DNA from: Octopus sinensis
Taxonomy: Eukaryota
DNA: 64,000 bases
Assembly (NCBI RefSeq): GCF_006345805.1
Contig: NC_043000.1
Coordinates: 143,282,001-143,346,000, forward strand
Direction of reading: 5' to 3'
Below are positions 55,280-64,000 of this stretch, one piece after another (position 1 is the stretch's first letter; every line of letters begins with the position of its first letter). A model generated the notes under the pieces. That model did no database searches. It saw only the letters and a program-made list of their open reading frames with translations, and was not told where the DNA came from. The translations under genes and the position numbers were made by a program.

Positions 55280-57978
55280 CTGAAAATGGAGAAAGGAAAA
55301 CAGAGTCAGCAGTGGAAATAATCTTCATAATTACTTCTGAAAATTGAAATTACCTCTACTAAAGAGATGGAAACAAACTCCAAACAGCTACCTTGTAAAT
55401 TTATCAATTATTTATTTCGTAATACTTTGAGTTCTTTCAAAGGGAATCTGGAAAGATCTGTCAAATTTTGTTAAGCGCCCTTAGAATTGGTTTCAATCTT
55501 ACACAACTTTTTGTTTAAATTGTTTTTTAGCAGGGCTTGAATGCATCCTAACCAACGAACAACATGGTCTTTAAGTGTGCTAATCAAATCTTTTCCTTAT
55601 CTCGCCATTATTGATTTCTTCCCGAAATCTCGCGCTTAATTTCAAGCATATTAGACTGATTAAAGATGCGTTAACAACCTTCCTCAGAGGCTCAACACGA
55701 GAATTGAAATTGGAAAGGAATATAGAATTAATGAAGTCATCGAAGATAAAAGACTTTTCAACTAGATCAATATAGAATTAGACTCCATAAATGCCCAAAG
55801 TTTAAAAGCTTTATTCCATATGTAGATTTCAACCCATCACGAATTAAGTTCTATCATGATATAATAGCCACGGGAAACCAGCATTTAATGAAATAATCAA
55901 TTCCGTTTACCAGTTGTGTCCTTTTTCTCGAGATTGCATCACTTATATCCGCATGTCTGGGCTCCTCACACATTAGCAAGAGTAATTGACAGATATCTCT
56001 GTATTATGTTTGTTAAATTCTCTAGGCTCATTGGTCGCTGTTTTTCGAACAATTTCCTATTCACTTTACAATCTCTTTTGAATAACGAAAATGAACGGAA
56101 AGTACAATATTTCAATTTGTTAGAAAACGCAACCACTGTACTAACTAGAAAATATTAACCCTGCCAAATAACTGATAATCAGATTCAACTCACATGTATG
56201 TAACATTTGTTCCTGTGCGAATTGTGTAGCAGGTATAATTATTCTTTAAAAAATGGGTTTTCTTCACTCTGATTCTCAGTGTATAGTAGTTATACTTAGC
56301 CAAGTCCTAGACAGATGTAGTTACCATTCTTTGAAAGGATCATGTTCATTTCGTGAAATATCTCGAGAAATAATATTATAATGTAGGATATGTAACCGTC
56401 CCATCCGTAAATTATTTTCTTGTATTGTACTAGAATAAATATGTTATTCGGTTCTTTTGATTGATTTGATAAGATTGTTTGGAAATATTTCTTTAAGGTA
56501 ACATACTGTTGAGAATCGTTGGATTAGTTTAGTCACAGACCCACTAAGTCCCGTGTTTAAAGATAGGGATTAAGTGACGTCAGTTCCATCCTTAATCAAA
56601 CCAGAATCCGAAACGAAATTAAAACTGAATAACAATTAAGCAGTGTGTGAACTGCAACTGAATCCATGTTTCAAAATGTTACTGCTAATGGCATTGAACA
56701 AAGTTTTAAAAATCGTAAGAAAAATGTCTTCCCTTTTCTTATCTAATAAATCTATCTTCGTTTGCTATAAGAATGAAAAATTAAAACGGTATTTCCTCGC
56801 AACTAATCTATTGATTCATGTGACAGCTTTCTGCATTATCTGAAGTTGTGGCATTCATAAATTAGATCCATCTGTATAGACTCATATTGAAAATTTTAGT
56901 CGTAACTCTCGCGGATGCTTTCACGTTGTTTTATATTAATGTTATCGTATTCGTAGGTGAATATAGTTTTCAAATGAAATTCAGTAATATAGCAACATTG
57001 ATAGAGTTAACATTATTTAAACTTGGAATGCATGAAACAGAATAAATTTTTACGACGTGGCTTAAATGCTGTTGATGTAAATTAGCAGAATGACTAAGAT
57101 TTAAAGGGTTACTGGTCAAATACGACATTTTGCAAGCCATTCACAGATTATGTGAAGACTGTTTGCCTAAGATATTGCAGCTGCAGGAGTCATGAATATA
57201 TCAATGTTACATGAAGTCTCAGGACAATATTTTTTCTCAAATTTTCTATATTTACCCATCTTTGTATTTAGTTCAAATATTGAACGCTTGGAAAAAATCG
57301 AGAGTGTGAGACATATCAAACAAAAATAGCGGAAACGATCAAAGAATTGTTCATTTCTTTCACAATGTAAAATTACCTCCAGAGATTCAGCAATGCATTG
57401 CAAAACAGCACAGAAGTATTTAATAGAGTAAGATATTGTATTGTAGGCCCTAGATAGTATTCATAAAAGAGATTTACGATCAAAGATGTTCCAACCGTGA
57501 CTATCCTATCAATTCGCTCAATATAGCGTATCCTAGACTAGATTACACCATACTTCATTCCATTTTAAAACATAGTTACGATATGCGATTTGATGAGAAT
57601 TTAACTCTTATTTCAGGAATTTCGAGTGGCCATGTAAAGGCTTCATAGCTGACTCATGTCCAATGAATGTACAAAAGGTGTACATGTGGCGGGTGTGAGC
57701 TTTAATATAACGACCTCATGTCTGAGGAATAATATACACAAAGATAGTATAGAATGGAATATAAAATCTAAGAGAGGGAAAATCTAAAGCTGTCATTGAA
57801 CATAGACTGATTTGATAATTTTCAAAGTTGATGTGATTGATCTATTGGTTTTTATCACACAGAGATTCTCTTTCAAAGTATTCGTTTCTTCTGTGGTTTA
57901 CTTCCGGAGTTTAATAATTTGTGTGACCGTCTATCTCATGTCTGAGTGTATCTCTATTCAAGTAATATCCTATATATA

Positions 57979-58028
<50 letters not shown>

Positions 58029-58664
58029 ATACATACATTCACATATATATATATGTATATGTATATGTATGCAAATATGTATTATATACACACACATGTA
58101 TATATACATACCTACATATATATATATATGTATATACATATATATATACCTATACATATGTGTGTGTGAATGCTTTTGTAGTTAGATGCATGTATAGGTA
58201 TGTGCATAGTCACATACATACACACACACGCGCGCGCATATATATATGTCTATATTTGTATGTGTGTGTTTGTGTGAAGTCAATGGTTCGCTCCACAGCC
58301 TTACAAACAAAGAAACTAGTACGTCTACTATAAATATCGACTACTCTTTCAAACGTCAGAATTTTCTAAGCACAAACACATACGCTTATACACTCGCACT
58401 CGGAAAGATATTCACATAGACACAGAGACATAAACTCATACACGTAAAAGGTAAAATAACAAGCATGTTATTTAGTAGACACACATTTAACTTAGCTGTT
58501 AGAAACTAGACATTGGGGTTAATCACAGAGCTTTCTCTCTGTAACGGGAAAGAGAAGTATAGTCCGCTTAGTTTCAGCTGTTATTAAAGCCTCATCAACG
58601 ACTGATTATGCTTTTCTGATCACAAAAACATAGTAGCTTATGGTTCGTTACAGTATATGCATAT

Positions 58665-58935
58665 ACACACTAACAAAGTGTCAGCAAGCAGACACAAATG
58701 CACACACACACACATACACACACACACACACACACATACATATACACACATATACACACTAACAAAGAGCAAGCAAGGAGACACAAACGCACACACACAT
58801 ACACAAACGCACGCATATACACATTAACAAAGAGTAAGCAAGGAGACACAAACGCGCACACACACACATACACAAACACACACATATACACACTAACAAA
58901 GTGTAAGCAAGGAGACACAAACGCGCACACACACA
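58665..58935. repeat. Minisatellite: four ~35-bp cores separated by (CA)n
   Basis: ACAC(T)AACAAAG(T/A)G(T/C)AAGCAAGGAGACACAAA(C/T)GC occurs four times. Confidence 0.9.
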
Positions 58936-59380
58936 CACACACACATACACAAATTCCCACATACACACAATCATATGTACACACATTTACACAGGTACAC
59001 ACATATACACACGGATACACACAATAACTTCATACCCTCACTCACGCATGCACATACTAAAATCCAGGTTCCCAACTGTCACACTCTAGCTATTTCCGAT
59101 TAATTTCAGCTGTTCTTAAACTCACGTTTAAGGCGATCTCTGAACCATTTTCGGTCATTTCAGGATGCACGTGACGGTTATATAAATACGCGTTTCTTTC
59201 TCCCTTTTTCTCTCTTTGTCCTTTCTTACTCTCAGAAGAAGTATATATATATTCGATGCAGGAAATACTTTCCATTCTTTTTCCCTATTTCTCGAACGTA
59301 AATCTACTGCATTCTGTTTGTATTTAAACCTCTGCTTTTGATATATATTTTGCACTATATTGTAAATGCATATGATGGAA

Positions 59381-59747
59381 GCACCCCGTCGGTTACGACG
59401 ACGAGGGTTTCGGTTGATCCGAATCAACGGAACAGCTTGCTCGTGAAATTAACGTATAAGTGGCTGACCACTCCACAGACACGTGTACCCTTAACGTAGT
59501 TCTCGGGGATATTCAGCGTGACACAGAGAGTGACAAGGCCGGCCCTTTGAAATACAGGTACAACAGAAACAGGAAGTAAGAATGAGAGAAAGTTGTGGTG
59601 AAAGAGTACAGCAGGGATCACCACCATCCCTGCCGGAGCCTCGTGGAGCTTTTAGGTGTTTTCGCTCAATAAACACGGTCTGGGAATCGAAACCGCGATC
59701 CTACGATCGCGAGTCCGCTGCCCTAACCACTGGGTCATTGCGCCTCC
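59381..59747 (-). mobile_element. tRNA-derived SINE: head + domain B + tail X
   Basis: Minus strand GGAGGCGCAATGACCCAGTGGTTAGGGC...GGTTTCGATTCCCAG; middle matches 4634-4760, 3' half matches 3940-4120. Confidence 0.9.
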
Positions 59748-60108
59748 TGTAAATGCATATACGATATAGATAGAAATCAGCGTATTCATCTTTAGGATAT
59801 TTCGGACATGCTATTTTCAATGGATTTGAAAGAGATGAAAGTTAGGGAAGCAGGATTTGGTTACGCGCGTGTGTGATGTTAGCAAACTTAGGCAGTAGTT
59901 TTGCACACTTGAGTGGCAGACATGTCTATTTATTTTTTGTGCTAGTAGTTCCCTTTTGATGTGTTTTAATGCATTTAAATTTATATTCATTTAATTATTA
60001 TATGCAGTTTAAAATATTTCACATGTAATATATATTTAATATTATTATTATTATCATTATTATTTTTATTATTATCATTATTATTATCATTTTTATTATT
60101 ATTATTAC

Positions 60109-60152
<44 letters not shown>

Positions 60153-60179
60153 TATTATTATTATTATTATTATTATTAG

Positions 60180-60600
60180 TAAGACGTTAAGTCGGTAGGA
60201 AGCATGCTGGGCAAAATTCATTGCGGCATTTCGTCCGTGTTTACGTCTTTCTGACTTTATATTCCAGCGAGATCGACTTTGCCTTTCGGTATTTCTGAAT
60301 CGATAGAATAAGTACCATTTGAGTACTGGGGTACTCACTGAAATTGCTACTTTTGTGCCCAAAATTTGAAACCATTATTACTGTTGCTGCTGTTGCGTTG
60401 TTTTACAAATGCGTCTAGCTGGCATAAATGTTACAGCATCAGACAAAATGGATAGCAGTATTCCAAATGCTGACGAGTTTGGATTTGCTTTCATCTTTTC
60501 GCGGTTTCATTGAAACAAATAAGTGTTGAAAACTGGAGTCAACGTATGCGATTTATAACTTCCCCTCAAACTGATGGCTTTGTGCTGAAATCTGAAATCA
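60180..60600 (+). mobile_element. Two decayed tandem SINE D copies after (ATT)n
   Basis: GATCGACTTTGCCTTTC...GATAGAATAAGTACCA and TTTGCTTTCATCTTTTCGCGG. Confidence 0.6.
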
Positions 60601-61205
60601 TTCCTATTATATAGTTTACTGCTCCGTGTAACTACGGTTCTTCCGTGTTGATTGGAAATCACTCCTGGTTCATTTTTACAATACATTACTCAAGCTTTGT
60701 TGAAACATGTAAACCAGTAATATTCACAGAAAGAAAGAAACGTGAAAAAGAAAGAGAAAGCGAAAAAGAGAGAAAGAGAGAGAAAGATATGAAGAGTAAA
60801 TTGGATTCAAGTGATTCTAGCTCTCTTCCTACAGATCTATGATTTATAAGATTTTGCGCTGTTTCAGTGACTACACTTTGTTCCTGCCTATGTTTTTTTC
60901 CCTACATATGTGAACAAAAGAAAAAATTGCTAAAATGTGTCAATGCCATGAAATTAGAAACTACACTTTGGTGAATATGTACTGACTGACATCGGCAGTA
61001 TAAAAAAAAAAAAATGAAAAAATCACAAAATTTACTGAATTGAAACATGCACACGTTGAACAACAGAGAATGTAATAATGTATCTAACGTAAAACTTGTT
61101 CAATAATATTAGCATGAAATAGTTGTGCTACCGAAGACTTGATGTAAATATTCTTCATCGAACACTCGCCCATCTTTGATTCCGTTTTATATTGTTATAC
61201 ATGAT

Positions 61206-61260
<55 letters not shown>

Positions 61261-61705
61261 GGGCATAATACATAGATACTTATGTGTATGTATATATGTG
61301 CATCTGTGTTTGTGTGTCTGTGTGTGTGTGTTTGTGCGTGCGTATGTGTACACATACATCATCCGGTTAGCATATCACCAACGAATTCAAGTATTCGGAA
61401 AACTCAAATGTAAAAAAGATAAGCTTCACTTGCTGGTGTCTGTTTGTGTTGGCGCAGTTTTATAGTTTTTTTTTTATATGGTTGTGTATGTGAGTGATAG
61501 ACAGACACACACACACAAACACACATGCAAATTTATATATGCATATATATATATATGTGCAGTGTTTTGAGACCTGTATATATATATATATATATGTCTA
61601 CAGGTTTCAAAACACTGCACATACATACACAGACACACAAACACATATTTATCTATATGTATGCACATGTATACATCCACACACACATACACATATGCAT
61701 GAATG

Positions 61706-61753
<48 letters not shown>

Positions 61754-61837
61754 TTTACATATACATACAGATATATGTGAATGTAGGAGTGTGTGTATAA
61801 TATACATATATATGTATACATACATACATACATATAT

Positions 61838-61882
<45 letters not shown>

Positions 61883-62413
61883 TATACATAGTTTTATGCA
61901 TATGTGTATGTGTGTGTAGATGCATACATGTGCATGCATATAGATAAATATGTGTTTGTGTGTCTGTGTATGTATGAGCAGTGTTTTGAAACCTGTAGAC
62001 AAATTACTGCATGTATACACAATGAGTGTATATATATATATATACATAAAAACGCATAAGACACTTACAAATCATTGGAAAACAATTCTCAACAACATGA
62101 AGACATATCTGGCCGATTTCTGCTGTCCGTCTTCAAGGATTTTGCTGAGTTTCACAGACTGATATCTTACGTTTGATATTTGAAAATGTTGTATTTGATT
62201 TGGTTGTTATTCCAATAATCGATTTCTTTTCCCCCACTACCCCCACCCAACAACAAATAAATCAATAATAGCGGAAATAAAGAAAAACAATAATCAAACG
62301 AATGGAAACCAACTCAATAACAACAATAACCATACCTTCATAATTCAACAATAACATGTAGAATAATGATAGCTTTTACTATCAATATTACTGTTTTTGG
62401 CGGTGATACTGTG

Positions 62414-62460
<47 letters not shown>

Positions 62461-63301
62461 GATCGTTATTGTCATTGTTAATGTTGTTGTTGATGATGAT
62501 GATGATGATGCTATCATCATCACTATCATCATCACCACTAGCATTATTGTCAATATTATCATCGTTACACGAAATATACTAAAATTAGAAATGAAAATAT
62601 TATTATTAATGGAACCTTATTGAATTGAATCAATAAACCGAATAATATTTTTTCTTTTGTTTTCGATTGTATTTTATGTTGTTTTAAATACTTTTTTGTT
62701 CTATTAGTTTCATGTTATTTACTTATTTATTTATTTATATTGTTTTTTTTTTGCTTTCAAGTCTTTTTTTTCCTCCCCATATTTTCTTGAGAATTCGTGA
62801 TAGATTCCTATTCGCTTAAATGTGATTAAGGCATAATAATACACCATTCTTTATTCATAATACACACAGTATGGCAGCTAATTTTCGACGTTTTGTTCCG
62901 CATTCTTTAATATCTTTCAAATTATTGTCTCATCTCTCCCCTTGGCTTCTCTTTCATAGTGTCACTCACAATTTCGGCGCTTCGATCGTTTTTATTCTCA
63001 ATGTATTCAATAGTTATCTCTTTTAATACAATGATGGCGATATTCACACTGTTTTTGATGACAAAACCTAATGAATGTTATTGCGAACAAAAACCTACTT
63101 CATAATTTAATAAACCAGCTTGCTTTTTAGTCATAATTTTCATATGCTACAAAGCTCTTGTACTTTTTTTTGGACTCTTTGATTGTCGTTAAGCCTTTCT
63201 TTCGGTTTGTCTCTGCCCATCTGCCTGTCTGCTAGTCTGTCTGTCTGTCTTTCTGCCTTTACCCCTCTCTCTCTCTATCTATCTCAAATAAATGCGTTAA
63301 C

Positions 63302-63564
63302 ATGTGACATTATTGACCGAGTTTATCGTGGTCTTTTCCGTAGGCTTTTCTTTCCACAGATAAACCTTATCTGCTTCCCCCTTTACATTTGACATCATGA
63401 CATTTCTGTGATACACGATCCCTATTGATCGTTTTCTTTCTTTCCTTTTTACGATCCCTTTTGATCGAAAGCCTACCTCACTTTTTTCCTCCCCAAAAAG
63501 GAAAGCTCTACTTTGTAATTTGTCCCGTCTGTGAGCAGCCCTCTGTGGCTAATAAAGAAACATA
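63302..63564 (+). mobile_element. Second copy of the (TATC)n-tailed repeat
   Basis: Homologous to 25917-26230; ends GGCTAATAAAGAAACA(TATC)n. Confidence 0.65.
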
Positions 63565-63593
63565 TCTATCTATCTATCTATCTATCTATCTAG

Positions 63594-63683
<90 letters not shown>

Positions 63684-64000
63684 CTGTCTGTCTACTTATC
63701 TACCTATGTATCGAAGAGTTTCTGTGCATGTGTTTGTGTGCATGCGCGAGCGGATAAGTGTAAGTGCGCCTAAGCACGCGCGCCTGTGAATTTTTATATT
63801 CTGTACGAAAGTAGTACGTTTTTTGCATTTCCCATACTCCAATCTTGTGTCACCTGGCATACTTTTACTTTATATAAAGCTTGTCCTAATAACAAAGCAT
63901 TTACAATACTTCGATAAATATTGGTCTGGATTATTTCGTTTAAACATTTCTGGTTCCGTCGGAACTTACTTTTATCTGACTACTTTCGTAAAATTCATTT

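Noticed and set aside
55002-55328. 108-aa ORF as a complete gene
   Set aside because: Only 55130-55279 is Ig-like and bounded by splice sites; the rest is intron read-through.
58665-58935. CRISPR-like array
   Set aside because: Eukaryotic context, spacers are (CA)n rather than unique, and there are no cas genes.

Overview
This is AT-rich, microsatellite-saturated animal genomic DNA. The repeat content looks like an Octopus-type cephalopod, but that is my recognition, not a database result. A 100-N gap lies at 45917-46016. Only one host coding exon is supportable: a 150-bp phase-1/phase-1 immunoglobulin-domain exon on the minus strand (55130-55279), lachesin/DIP/IgLON-like. Most of the window is therefore probably intron or flank of a large neural cell-adhesion gene. 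Nearly all long ORFs in the track are translations of simple repeats. The mobile DNA includes many tRNA-derived SINEs with swapped modules, a decayed Penelope/Poseidon-like retroelement (RT + GIY-YIG) with an inverted terminal repeat, stacked R4/Dong-like LINE 3' ends inside (TAA)n, a Chapaev-like DDE transposase relic and several MITE/foldback elements. The main observation is about seven minimal type-I hammerhead-ribozyme (HHR)-like motifs in three short element families, plus a weaker inverted pair. One family joins a tRNA-like Pol III head, an (AAT)n spacer and an HHR, and it also forms the 3' end of the Penelope ORF. This suggests a Pol III/ribozyme non-autonomous retroelement system parasitising Penelope. 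Coordinates of degenerate repeats are approximate.
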